The notes beneath the pieces are model-generated. The model did no database searches, was not told the DNA's origin, and saw only the letters and a list, made by a program, of their open reading frames with translations. The position numbers and the translations under genes are program-made. From contig JAWKQZ010000037.1 in assembly GCA_041389845.1 (NCBI GenBank), positions 9,716-73,715 of the forward strand: a stretch of 64,000 bases of DNA. Reading direction: 5' to 3'. Source of the stretch: Nannocystaceae bacterium. Lineage in GTDB: Bacteria > Myxococcota_A > Polyangia > Nannocystales > Nannocystaceae. Shown piece by piece: positions 1 through 8,750 of the stretch. Each line of letters opens with the position of its first letter. Position 1 is the stretch's first letter.

Positions 1-334
1 GGACGATCCGATAGCGGGCGGCGCCGCTGCGGTTGGGTCCGTCGCCCATGGTGAAGCGGAACTTGGTGGCGAGGACGACCTGATCGCGGCGGCCGTGCTC
101 GTGGAACCACCTGCCGATCACCCGCTCCGAGAGGCCGTCCTGGCCGTAGACGTCGGCGGTGTCGAAGAAGTTGATCCCCTGGTCGAGGGCCCGGTCCATG
201 ATCTGAAACGAGGTCGCCTCGTCGCAGCCGACCTTGTGCATGAACGAGCGCTCGTCGGCCTCGCCGAAGGTCATGGTGCCGAGGCAGAGGGTCGAGACCT
301 TGAGGCCTGAGCGGCCGAGCTTGCGGTACTCCAT
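1..334 (-). CDS. aldo/keto reductase, N-terminal part (gene runs off the left window edge)
   Basis: Reverse translation from the ATG at 334 gives MEYRKLGRSGLKVSTLCLGTMTFGE...INFFDTADVYGQDGLSERVIG...VVLATKF. This is a classic AKR N-terminus with strong GC3 bias. The + strand ORF 95..310 is its antisense shadow. Confidence 0.85.
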   Translation of the reverse strand, partial: MEYRKLGRSGLKVSTLCLGTMTFGEADERSFMHKVGCDEATSFQIMDRALDQGINFFDTADVYGQDGLSERVIGRWFHEHGRRDQVVLATKFRFTMGDGPNRSGAARYRIV

Positions 335-468
335 CGCGCGTCTCCTTGGGTGGGGCGGCCACCCTACTCGACCGTCGGCGCGACCTGACAGCGGCCGGCA
401 TCACCCGCCCCAGCGCACGCGGCGAGGCGACGCGGGCTCACGCGGTCTCACGCGGTCGAGGGACGGGC

Positions 469-1188
469 TCAGGGCTCGTGAAGATCCTCCGAGAGGATCA
501 CCTTGCCCTCGGCCGCCGGATCGCCGGCGAGGCGGACGAGCGCGCGGGCGAGGGTCGCCGCGTCGGTCGATCGGTAGCGCTGCTGGGTCTGCCGCCCGCC
601 GAGGGCGCCGACGAGGGAGAGGACGCGATCGCTGATCGCCGCGCCGACGCGCTCACCGATCCGATCCTCCTCGCGATCGGGCCCGGTGATGAAGGAGGGC
701 CGGACGACGGTGTAGGGGAGGCCGCTCTCGGCGAGCGCGGCCTCCACCTGGGCCCGCGCCTGCAAGTAGGCGCCGCGCGCCCCGGGCCCGGCGCCGAGGG
801 ACGAGAGGTAGACGAAGCGCGGGCGGATCCCGACGGCCTTGCAGGCGTCGACGAGGAGGAGCGCGAGGCCGACGTCGACGCTCGCGTAGTCGGCCGGGGC
901 CGCGCCGGCGCGGGCGGCCGCGCGCGCCCGGGCCTTGGTGGTGCCGATCAAATAGTAGAGCTGGGTCGGCCGGATCCGCGCCATCGCCTCGGTCATCGCC
1001 CCCAGGGTCCAGGGCAGGGGCTCGACCGTCGCGCCGAGGGCCGAGAGGCGGAGGCGCGTGGCCTCGAAGTTCGGCGAGTCCGGGCGGACGTGGGCGTGGG
1101 TGACGATGCCGCGGGCGCAGGCGGTGGCGACGACCTCGCGGCCGGTGTAACCGGTCGCGCCAGCGACGAAGGCGACGGGCGGGGACAT
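469..1188 (-). CDS. NAD(P)H-binding Rossmann protein (NmrA / atypical SDR-like)
   Basis: 239-aa ORF with the N-terminal glycine motif VAFVAGATGYTGREV and coding-like GC3. Confidence 0.8.
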   Translation of the reverse strand: MSPPVAFVAGATGYTGREVVATACARGIVTHAHVRPDSPNFEATRLRLSALGATVEPLPWTLGAMTEAMARIRPTQLYYLIGTTKARARAAARAGAAPADYASVDVGLALLLVDACKAVGIRPRFVYLSSLGAGPGARGAYLQARAQVEAALAESGLPYTVVRPSFITGPDREEDRIGERVGAAISDRVLSLVGALGGRQTQQRYRSTDAATLARALVRLAGDPAAEGKVILSEDLHEP

Positions 1189-1918
1189 GGCCGGGGAGGC
1201 TACACCGGGCGGGTCGCGCCGTCAGCCCATGCTCGCGGGGAGGCGGCGCCGCCTCCAGACCGATCGGATCGACCTCTACCAGATCCACGCCCAGGACCTC
1301 GACACCCCCGAGGACGAGCTCCTCCGGGCCCTCGACGACCTGATCCGCGCCGGCAAGGTCATCTACGTCGGCTGCTCCAACTACGCCGCCTACCGCCTGG
1401 TCGACAGCCTCTGGACCGCGAAGACCGAGCACCTCGCCCGCTTCGTCTCGCTCCAGGCCCAGTACAGCCTGGTGGTCCGCGACCTCGAGCGCGAGCACGT
1501 CCCGGTCTGCGAGCAGCACGGCCTCGGCATCCTCCCCTGGTCGCCCCTCGCCGGCGGCTTCCTCTCCGGCAAGTACCGCCGCGAGGCCGCGCCCCCGCCC
1601 GGCTCGCGCCTCGAGAAGTGGACCGAGCGCTTCCGCGCCTTCGACAACCCCCGCAACTGGCAGATCCTCGACGCGGTCGTCGCGGTCGCCGAGGAGCTCG
1701 GCGCCTCGCCCTCCCAGGTCGCCCTCGCCTGGCTCCTCACCCGGCCGGCGGTGACCTCGGTGATCTTCGGCGCCCGCTCGATCGACCAGCTCGACGACAA
1801 CCTCAAGGCGGCCGCGCTCACCCTGCCGACCTCGGCCCGCGAGCGCCTCGACGCCGCCTCGGCCTTCGATCCCGGGTACCCCTACGGGTTCCTGAAGCAG
1901 ATCGCCGGCCGCTGGTGA
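1187..1918 (+). pseudogene. 5'-truncated aldo/keto reductase fragment (C-terminal two thirds only)
   Basis: The ORF starts reading as AKR only at RLQTDRIDLYQIH, which normally sits about residue 110. It continues to the AKR C-terminus (ILPWSPLAGGFLSGKY...VIFGARSIDQLDDNL). The catalytic N-terminal third is missing, and the nominal ATG overlaps the divergent upstream gene. Confidence 0.6.
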
Positions 1919-2318
1919 GCGGGAGCTCGCGGTCGAGGTCGGCGTCCGTCCGCGACGCTGCGTCGGCCTTCGAGCTCGGGTGCTCCTCTCGGTTCTTGAC
2001 GCCGATCGTCGGCCGCGGGTGAGCGGTGGAACTCTCGACCGAGGTCGACGCGACGCCGCGTCGGCCTCCAGTCTCGGGTGCTCCCCCGACTTCGTGACAC
2101 CGAACGTCGGCCGCGGGTGAGCGGTGGAACTCTCGACCGCGGTCGGCGCGACGCCGCGTCGGCCTCCAGTCTCGGGTGCTCCCCCGACTTCGTGACGCCG
2201 AACGTCGGCCGCGGGTGAGCGGTGGAACTCTCGACCGCGGTCGGCGCGACGCCGCGGCGGTCTTCGATCTCGGGTGCTCCTACCGCCTCTTGATGCCGAT
2301 CGTCGGCCGCTGAGACGC
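1917..2318. repeat. ~98-bp tandem repeat, about 4 copies
   Basis: GAGCGGTGGAACTCTCGACC recurs at 2021, 2119 and 2217 (period 98). The first, diverged copy overlaps the stop of the AKR fragment. Confidence 0.9.
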
Positions 2319-2358
2319 GGCGAAGTTCTCGACCGCAGGCTTGGGCGCCTCGGGACCG

Positions 2359-3066
2359 TCACGGGGGCAGCGGCCGCCCATGCGCCGCGGCGATCCGATC
2401 GACGAGCCCCTCCGGCGCGCCGAGGCCCCGGAAGTTGGCGCGGAGCGCCTGCGCCTCCCACGCCTCGACCGTCGCCGTCGGATCGAGGGCGGCGACGTGG
2501 CGCTCGATCGCCTCGGCGATCGGGACCGTGTCGACGAGGACCAGGACCGCGAGGATCCCGACCGTGACCGCCTGACGATCGAGATCGAGGGAGGGCGGCC
2601 AGGCCCAGGTGACCGCGATGTCGACCAGCGCCGGCCCGCTCCAGCGCTCGCCGAGCTCGGCGAGGGCGGCCGCGAGGAGATCGGCCTCGTCGAAGTCGGG
2701 GTCACTCCCGAGGAAGCGGTCGATCGCCCCGAGCTGGAAGCGCTCCCGGCGGGCCGCCGGATCGAGGCGAGCGCCGCGGACCTGCCGCGAGCGAGGGACG
2801 TCGCCGCGGGCCGCCGCCTGATCGTGGAGGGCCTGGAGCGCCGCGTCGTCCGGCCGCGACGGCCAGCGCTCGGCCAGCGCCGCGGCCCACTCGCCGACCG
2901 CGTCGTCCTCCCAGGCCGACGCCCCCAGGGCCGCGACGACCGCGAAATTGAGGGCGGAGAGGAGGTACCCCGCCGACTTGATCGACCCGGTCCCGGCCTT
3001 GTAGAGCGCGCGCTGGAGGTGGACCGGATCGTCGCCGTGCTGGGGGACGATCGGTGGCAGGCGCAT
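2359..3066 (-). CDS. hypothetical protein
   Basis: 235-aa ORF with good GC3 bias. It lies 13 bp downstream of the H1-tail gene, so it is probably co-transcribed. No domain recognised. Confidence 0.6.
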   Translation of the reverse strand: MRLPPIVPQHGDDPVHLQRALYKAGTGSIKSAGYLLSALNFAVVAALGASAWEDDAVGEWAAALAERWPSRPDDAALQALHDQAAARGDVPRSRQVRGARLDPAARRERFQLGAIDRFLGSDPDFDEADLLAAALAELGERWSGPALVDIAVTWAWPPSLDLDRQAVTVGILAVLVLVDTVPIAEAIERHVAALDPTATVEAWEAQALRANFRGLGAPEGLVDRIAAAHGRPLPP

Positions 3067-3079
3067 CCGGGGCCTCTGG

Positions 3080-4054
3080 CTAGGCGCTCGTCGGCGGGGC
3101 GGACTTCTTGCTTGTCGGCTTCTTGGTCGATGACTTCGCCGGCTTCTTGCTCGCCGGCTTCTTGCTCGCCGACTTCGACGTCTTCTTGCTCGCAGACTTC
3201 GATGTCTTGCTGCTCGCAGACTTCGACGCCTTCTTGCTCGACGACTTCTTGCTCGCCGCCTTCGACGACTTCTTGCTCGACGCCTTCTTGCTCGCCGACT
3301 TCGATGCCTTCTTGCTCGCTGCCTTCTTGCTCGCCGACTTCGACGCCTTCTTGCTCGCCGCCTTCTTGCTCGCCGACTTCGACGCCTTCTTGCTCGACGC
3401 CTTCTTGCTCGCCGACTTCTTGCTCGCCGACTTCGACGCCTTCTTGCTCGCCGACTTCGACGCCTTCTTGCTCGCTGCCTTCTTGCTCGCCGACTTCGAC
3501 GCCTTCTTGCTCGATGCCTTCTTGCTCGACGCCTTCTTGCTCGCCGACTTCGACGCCTTCTTGCTCGACGACTTCGACGCCTTCTTGCTCGACGCCTCGC
3601 TCTTCACCCCCGCGGTCTTCGTCACCTTTTTCACCCCCGCGGGCCGCGTCGCCTTCTTCTCCGACTGCTTCGCCGCCCGGATCGCCGCGAGCGCCGCCTT
3701 GTAGGCGCTGGAGAGGGCGTCCGCGAGGTCGTCGTCGCAGTTATCGAAGTAGAATTGGATCATCTCGGAGGCGACCTCTAGGGTGCCGCTGCGGTAGACC
3801 GTGCCGCTGTCGACCATGTAGAGGAAGGCGTCGTAGACCTGGGCGCCGCCCTCGTCGAGCACGTCCCAGATCTCGAGGAAGCCGCGCTGGATCGTCTCAC
3901 CGCTGTCTTCGTCCTCGTCCTGGCCGAAGATCTCCTCGATGGTGGTCTCGTGGCCGCCGTAGAGCTTGTTGGCGTGGACGATCTGCTGGCGCTGGAGCGG
4001 CGTCAGCGAGTCGAGCGTGGGTCGCTCGCGCAGGTTGACGAACGTGAGGGACAT
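3080..4054 (-). CDS. protein with an acidic globular N-domain and a ~190-aa histone H1-like (S/A)KKAS repeat tail
   Basis: From the ATG at 4054: [17 protein letters not shown]...[13 protein letters not shown], followed by [17 protein letters not shown] repeated to the stop at 3080. The upstream part of the 631-aa track ORF is Arg/Gly junk. Confidence 0.75.
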   Translation of the reverse strand: MSLTFVNLRERPTLDSLTPLQRQQIVHANKLYGGHETTIEEIFGQDEDEDSGETIQRGFLEIWDVLDEGGAQVYDAFLYMVDSGTVYRSGTLEVASEMIQFYFDNCDDDLADALSSAYKAALAAIRAAKQSEKKATRPAGVKKVTKTAGVKSEASSKKASKSSSKKASKSASKKASSKKASSKKASKSASKKAASKKASKSASKKASKSASKKSASKKASSKKASKSASKKAASKKASKSASKKAASKKASKSASKKASSKKSSKAASKKSSSKKASKSASSKTSKSASKKTSKSASKKPASKKPAKSSTKKPTSKKSAPPTSA

Positions 4055-4159
4055 CGCGGACCTCCTGGCCCGAGTGTAACAACCCTGCGCCCGCGGGGCG
4101 GGGCGGACTCCGCCGGCGGGCTCCCGCCGCGGCCCGTTTTGGGGTATATCCCCGCGGCG

Positions 4160-5275
4160 ATGACCGCCCGCACCCCGCTCCTGATCCTCTCCGCGCTCTG
4201 GATCTTCGCCGCGTGCACCGGCGAGCCCCCGCAGGTCGGCTACGGCCCGAGCAAGGAGGAGCTCGAGGCGAAGACGCGCGCGAAGCCGATCGAGATCGCC
4301 ATCCCGCCGAAGGGCCCGACCGACGCGCAGGCGAACCAGGCGACGAACCAGGCCCCGCCGACGCGCCCGCCCCCGCAGGCCCCGAAGGTGCTGCCGAAGG
4401 AGCCGAGCCCCGACATCGTCTACCCCGAGCCCTTCAACGGCGCGATCGCGGCCTCGCAGGCGCTCCCCAGCGGGATCAAGGTCGACGACTTCGTCGTCGG
4501 CAGCGGCGCGGAGGCGGTCAAGGGCGCCGAGGTCGAGGTCCACTACACCGGCTACCTCACCGACGGCTCGACCTTCGACTCGTCGATCCCGCGCGGCCGC
4601 CCCTTCCGCTTCGACCTCGGCGCCGGCCGGGTGATCAAGGGCTGGGACGAGGGGATCGCCGGGATGAAGGTCGGCGGCAAGCGACGCCTGATCATCCCCG
4701 CCGAGCTCGGCTACGGCCCCCGCGCGGCCGGCAAGATCCCGCCGAATTCGACGCTGATCTTCACCGTCGAGCTCCTCGGCGTCACCCCGCCCCCGCCGCC
4801 GCCGCAGCCGCTCACCGCCTTCGAGGGGACGCCCGTCAAGACCGCCAAGATCGAGGGGATCGAGCTCGTCGACTACAAGATCGGCACCGGCGCGGCCGCC
4901 AAGGCCGGCGACGAGGTCGAGGTCCACTACGCCGGCACCCTCACCGCCGACGGCACCGAGTTCGACTCCTCGCACCCGCGGATGCGGCCGATCAAGTTCG
5001 TGCTCGGTCGCGGCCAGGTGATCAAGGGCTGGGACCTCGGGATCGAGGGGATGAAGGTCGGCGGCCTCCGCAAGCTGGTGATCCCGGCGGCCCTGGCCTA
5101 CGGCGAGCGGGCGCGCGGGAAGATCCCCGCCAACGCCGACCTGACCTTCCGGGTCGAGCTGATGAGCGCCAAGCCCCTCCCGGCCCCGCCGGCGCCGCCC
5201 ACCCCGATCAAGGCGCCGCCGCCCCGACCAAGGCGCCGCCGCCCCGACCGGAAGGCGCCCGCCGAGGGCCAGTGA
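4160..5275 (+). CDS. lipoprotein with two FKBP-type peptidyl-prolyl cis-trans isomerase domains
   Basis: Lipobox in MTARTPLLILSALWIFAAC. Two copies of the FKBP_C signature (VHYTGYLTDGSTFDSS...VIKGWDEGIAGMKVGG; VHYAGTLTADGTEFDSS...VIKGWDLGIEGMKVGG). Confidence 0.9.
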   Translation: MTARTPLLILSALWIFAACTGEPPQVGYGPSKEELEAKTRAKPIEIAIPPKGPTDAQANQATNQAPPTRPPPQAPKVLPKEPSPDIVYPEPFNGAIAASQALPSGIKVDDFVVGSGAEAVKGAEVEVHYTGYLTDGSTFDSSIPRGRPFRFDLGAGRVIKGWDEGIAGMKVGGKRRLIIPAELGYGPRAAGKIPPNSTLIFTVELLGVTPPPPPPQPLTAFEGTPVKTAKIEGIELVDYKIGTGAAAKAGDEVEVHYAGTLTADGTEFDSSHPRMRPIKFVLGRGQVIKGWDLGIEGMKVGGLRKLVIPAALAYGERARGKIPANADLTFRVELMSAKPLPAPPAPPTPIKAPPPRPRRRRPDRKAPAEGQ

Positions 5276-5324
5276 GCGCCGGTCGCCAGCGGCCGAGCGC
5301 TGGTCCGCGCGCCGCCCTCTCGGA

Positions 5325-5590
5325 GCGCGCGGGCGCGGACGCGAGGTCGGCTCCCGCGAGCTGCGTCCTCGCGGCCCTTCCGTCTGCCGCTTCTTCGGCG
5401 CGCGCGGACGCGGCCGTGAGGTCGGCTCCCGCGACCTGCATCTTCGAGGCCCTTCCGTCTGCCGCTTCTTCGGCGCGCGCGGAGGTGGCCGCGAGGTCGG
5501 CTCCCGCGACCCGCATCTTCGCGGCCCTTCCGTCTGCCGCTTCGTCGGCGCACGGGGACGCGGCCGCGAGGTCTCCCTCGCAATCGCCCG
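5325..5590. repeat. 75-bp tandem repeat, about 3.5 copies
   Basis: GGTCGGCTCCCGCGA recurs at 5345, 5420 and 5495. It lies between the FKBP stop and the FGE-family start. Confidence 0.9.
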
Positions 5591-6732
5591 TGAACCGCGT
5601 CCTCGCGCCCGCTCCGCGCGTCGCTTCGTCGGACTCGGGCGTCGCCCGGCGCGTCGGCGCGCTCGCGGCCGCGCTCGCCCTCCTGAGCGCCTGTGACGGC
5701 GGCCGCAGCACCGACACGCCGAGCGCCTCGGCGCCCCCGCGGGCGGAGGTCGATCCGGCCGCGAGCTCCGGTCCCAAGGGACAGGTCCCTGAGGACAGGT
5801 CCCAAGAGCCAGCCTCCGAGGTCACCCCCGAGGTGGCCGAGGCCGCGACGCCGGACCCCGAGGCCCCGGAGGCGAAGGCCGAGGACGCCGCGCCCGCGCT
5901 CGCGGCCGCGCCCGACGGCACCCCGGCGATCCCTTGCGAGTCGCCGCCCGAGGACATGGCCTGCATCCCCGCCGGCCCCTTCCTCCGCGGCAGCGACGAC
6001 GGCCCCGAGAACGCCCGCCCGGCCGCGACGGTGTGGCTTCAGACCTACTACATGGATCGCAACGAGGTCACCTACGCCGAGTACAAGGCGTGCGTCCGCG
6101 CCCGCAAGTGCCCGATGTCGGGGCCGGCCTACAGCGACTTCGATCGCCCGCGGCAGCCGATCAACGGGATCTCGTGGCACGACGCGGTCGCCTACTGCCG
6201 CGCCCACGGCAAGCGCCTGCCGACCGAGGCCCAGTGGGAGAAGGCCGCCCGCGGCGACTCCGGCGAGCTCCACCCCTGGGGCGACGAGCCGGCGACCTGC
6301 GAGCGGGCGATCCTCCGCGACGCGAGCGGCCGCGGCTGCGGCGTGAAGAAGCAGGGGTCGAAGCCCGAGACCGGTCGACCCTGGGAGATCGGCTCGCGCC
6401 CCGCCTACCGCTACGGCCTCTACGACATGGCCGGCAACTCCTGGGAGTGGGTCGCCGACTGGTACACCCGCTCCTACGCCGAGTGCGGCGACGCCTGCCT
6501 CGGCGTCGATCCGAAGGGCCCCTGCGGCGGCGCCGACGAGTGCCCGGGGCAGAAGCGGAAGATCGTCCGCGGCGGCTCCTGGTACTGGCCGGCCGAGTAC
6601 GCGACGGCGATCTACCGCCGGCCCCACTTCCCCGAGAACCGGCCCTTCCATCACTTCGGCTTCCGCTGCGCGGCGACGGTCGACGACGCGGCGGCGCTCC
6701 GCGGCGCGGCCGGCTCGACGGCGACGCCCTGA
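5590..6732 (+). CDS. formylglycine-generating-enzyme (FGE/SUMF1) family lipoprotein
   Basis: C-terminal domain with CIPAGPFLRGS...NEVTYAEY...ISWHDAVAYC...LPTEAQWEKAARG...GNSWEWVADWY...VRGGSW...GFRCA. The putative lipobox ALALLSAC is preceded by a GTG at 5590 (start uncertain). The first 460 codons of the 839-aa track ORF are shadow frame. Confidence 0.8.
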   Translation: MNRVLAPAPRVASSDSGVARRVGALAAALALLSACDGGRSTDTPSASAPPRAEVDPAASSGPKGQVPEDRSQEPASEVTPEVAEAATPDPEAPEAKAEDAAPALAAAPDGTPAIPCESPPEDMACIPAGPFLRGSDDGPENARPAATVWLQTYYMDRNEVTYAEYKACVRARKCPMSGPAYSDFDRPRQPINGISWHDAVAYCRAHGKRLPTEAQWEKAARGDSGELHPWGDEPATCERAILRDASGRGCGVKKQGSKPETGRPWEIGSRPAYRYGLYDMAGNSWEWVADWYTRSYAECGDACLGVDPKGPCGGADECPGQKRKIVRGGSWYWPAEYATAIYRRPHFPENRPFHHFGFRCAATVDDAAALRGAAGSTATP

Positions 6733-6800
6733 GCCGCGGCGCGATCGGCTCGACGGCGACGCCCTGAGCCGCGGCGCGGCCGGCCTCGACGGCGCGGGCG
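6697..6800. repeat. 35-bp tandem duplication that includes the FGE-family stop codon
   Basis: GGCTCGACGGCGACGCCCTGA occurs at 6712-6732 and again at 6747-6767. A third, degenerate copy follows. Confidence 0.85.
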
Positions 6801-7061
6801 CGGTCACGTTCGCGGTCGGCGGAGGGCCTTCGCGCCGCCTGCCGCGGCGCTCCGGGTGTGTGATCGCTGCCCGGGAGAGGGACCCGCGCTCCGCCGTCAC
6901 TGCGGCCCGGCGGGCCCTCCCGCGGCGCGATCGCCCTCCGTCGAGGCGCCGCGAGCTCTACCTTGCGCGCCGCCGCAGGCCCGGCGCCGCTCGACCTCTG
7001 CGCCGGCGGGCGCCCGGACGATCCCCGAGGACCGCGCGGAGGGCGTGCTACGATCGCGGCG

Positions 7062-7559
7062 ATGTCGACGACTTCGCCGCGCGCGTGGGCCTCGATCACG
7101 ATCGTCCTCCTCCTCCTCGCCTGCGGCGGCGCGTCGTCGACGCCCGCGACCGCGCCGCGGGCCGAGGGCGACAAGGCAGCGCCCGACGCCGCGACGCCGT
7201 CCTCCGCGCCCGTCGTCGACGATCGCCAGGCGGTCGTCCAGCTCATCCTCGATCACCCGGGGCTCGACGGCTACTGGCACCAGGACACCCTCCCCGACCG
7301 GGCGCCGCTGGTGGTCCTCGCCAACCAACACACCCGCGGCCTCACCCTCACCAAGTTCGACGAGCCGGTGCAGATCCGCAGCGCCAAGGAGCTCGCCGGG
7401 CGGCCCTACTTCGTCGTCCACGCCCTCAAGCTCCGCGCCGACGGGGCCGAGGTCCGCTTCGAGTACGCGGTCGAGGGCGTCCGTGCCAGCGCGACCCTTG
7501 ATCGCGGCGGCGAAGGGGGCGGGTGGCAGGTGACGCAATTGGACCTCGGCGAGCGCTGA
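7062..7559 (+). CDS. small lipoprotein, unknown function
   Basis: MSTTSPRAWASITIVLLLLACGG lipobox at an internal ATG of the 198-aa ORF. Good GC3. Confidence 0.65.
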   Translation: MSTTSPRAWASITIVLLLLACGGASSTPATAPRAEGDKAAPDAATPSSAPVVDDRQAVVQLILDHPGLDGYWHQDTLPDRAPLVVLANQHTRGLTLTKFDEPVQIRSAKELAGRPYFVVHALKLRADGAEVRFEYAVEGVRASATLDRGGEGGGWQVTQLDLGER

Positions 7560-7690
7560 TCGCCGTCGCGCGGGCGCGTGGGACCGCGTCGTCGGGCCGT
7601 GCACGCCTTCAGGCCGCGCCTGCCAGACCTCGCCCGCCCTCAGGCCGCGCCCGTCGTCAAACCGCGCCCGCCCTCCGACCTCGCCCGCCC

Positions 7691-8707
7691 TCAGGCCGCG
7701 CCGCGGGCCCGGACGCGCCGCCCCCGGGCCGCGATCAGGAGCGGAACCAAGAGCGCCAGCGCGTCGCCGCCGCGGGGGCTGGTCCGGCACTTCGAACACC
7801 CGCCCTCGTAGTCGATGCACGTGCACTCGTCGCACCCGGGGGCGCGGACGTCGATGCCGCTGGCCTCGCTCGCCCAGCAGAGGGCGGCGGGCGCGTTGAA
7901 GTAGAAGCCGCCGTCGCCGCAGCCCTGGCCGCGCGAGACGACGCCGACGAGGACGCGCTCGCCGTCCCGACCCCGTGCGAACGCGGGGCCGCCGGAGTCG
8001 CCCTGGCAGGAGTCGTGGCCGTCGCCGCCGGCGAAGAACTCGGTGAAGCTCGGGCTGTACTCGCGGAGCTTCACCTCGACCTCGCGCTTGGGGCCGCCCA
8101 CCTTGTCCGCGTCCTCGCCGTAGCCGACCACGGTGAGCACGTCGCCGGGCCGCATCGCCGCGTCCCACTCGTCCTGATCGGCGAGGACCCGGACCGGCGC
8201 GATCGGGGGCGCCTCGCGGAGGACGATCACCGCGACGTCGTACCAGTCCCAGACCGTCCCGCAATCCGGGCAGTACTCGGGGTGGAGCGCGTACGACTCG
8301 GCGCTCGTCTGCCAGGTCAACTGGTGGAGGTCGTCGCCGATCCCGACGCGGATCTTCTCCGGGAGCGTGCCGCCGTCGAGGCAGTGGGCGGCGGTCAACA
8401 CCAGCGTCGGCGCGATCAAGGTGCCGGTGCAGTCCTCGAGCGGGGTCAAGATCGCCACGGTGTCCAGGTAGGCGCCGGGGGTCACGGCGGCGCCGCCGAG
8501 GATCGGCTGCGGCGGCGGGGACGAGGGGCCGGCGATCGGCGCGTCGATCGGCGCGCCGCCTCCGACGAGCCCCAGGATCGCGGCGAGCACCAGCACCCGG
8601 CGAGCGTAGCCCCGATCGAGGCGAACGACGAGGCGCGTGTCTGCGCCGGCGCCCGGGATCGCGGCGCTGGGTCGGACCGAAGGGTCATTCGCCGCTGAGC
8701 GGGCCAC
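7691..8707 (-). CDS. secreted trypsin-like (S1) serine protease with a MYXO-CTERM-like tail
   Basis: Catalytic triad contexts LTAAHC, DVAVIVL and CQGDSGGP. The signal-like segment is RRVLVLAAILGLVGG. The C-terminus is GGCSKCRTSPRGGDALALLVPLLIAARGRRVRARG. The start is uncertain: GTG at 8707 or GTG at 8596. Confidence 0.85.
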   Translation of the reverse strand: MARSAANDPSVRPSAAIPGAGADTRLVVRLDRGYARRVLVLAAILGLVGGGAPIDAPIAGPSSPPPQPILGGAAVTPGAYLDTVAILTPLEDCTGTLIAPTLVLTAAHCLDGGTLPEKIRVGIGDDLHQLTWQTSAESYALHPEYCPDCGTVWDWYDVAVIVLREAPPIAPVRVLADQDEWDAAMRPGDVLTVVGYGEDADKVGGPKREVEVKLREYSPSFTEFFAGGDGHDSCQGDSGGPAFARGRDGERVLVGVVSRGQGCGDGGFYFNAPAALCWASEASGIDVRAPGCDECTCIDYEGGCSKCRTSPRGGDALALLVPLLIAARGRRVRARGAA

Positions 8708-8750
8708 TTCTGGCGAGCGGCTCGCTCTCCTCCGCCCTGCGACCTCCTCC

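Noticed and set aside
3108-3704. Plus-strand ORF encoding [10 protein letters not shown] repeats, and the similar 50010..52730 and 49925..51022 ORFs
   Set aside because: They are antisense translations of the Lys-rich H1-like tails and the OPT transporter gene. The sense frames join recognisable globular domains.
4213-6732. 839-aa ORF running from inside the FKBP gene to the FGE-family stop
   Set aside because: The 5' 460 codons are an alternative frame of the FKBP gene and of the 75-bp repeat, with an Arg/Gly/Pro-rich translation. Only the FGE-family part from about 5590 is credible.
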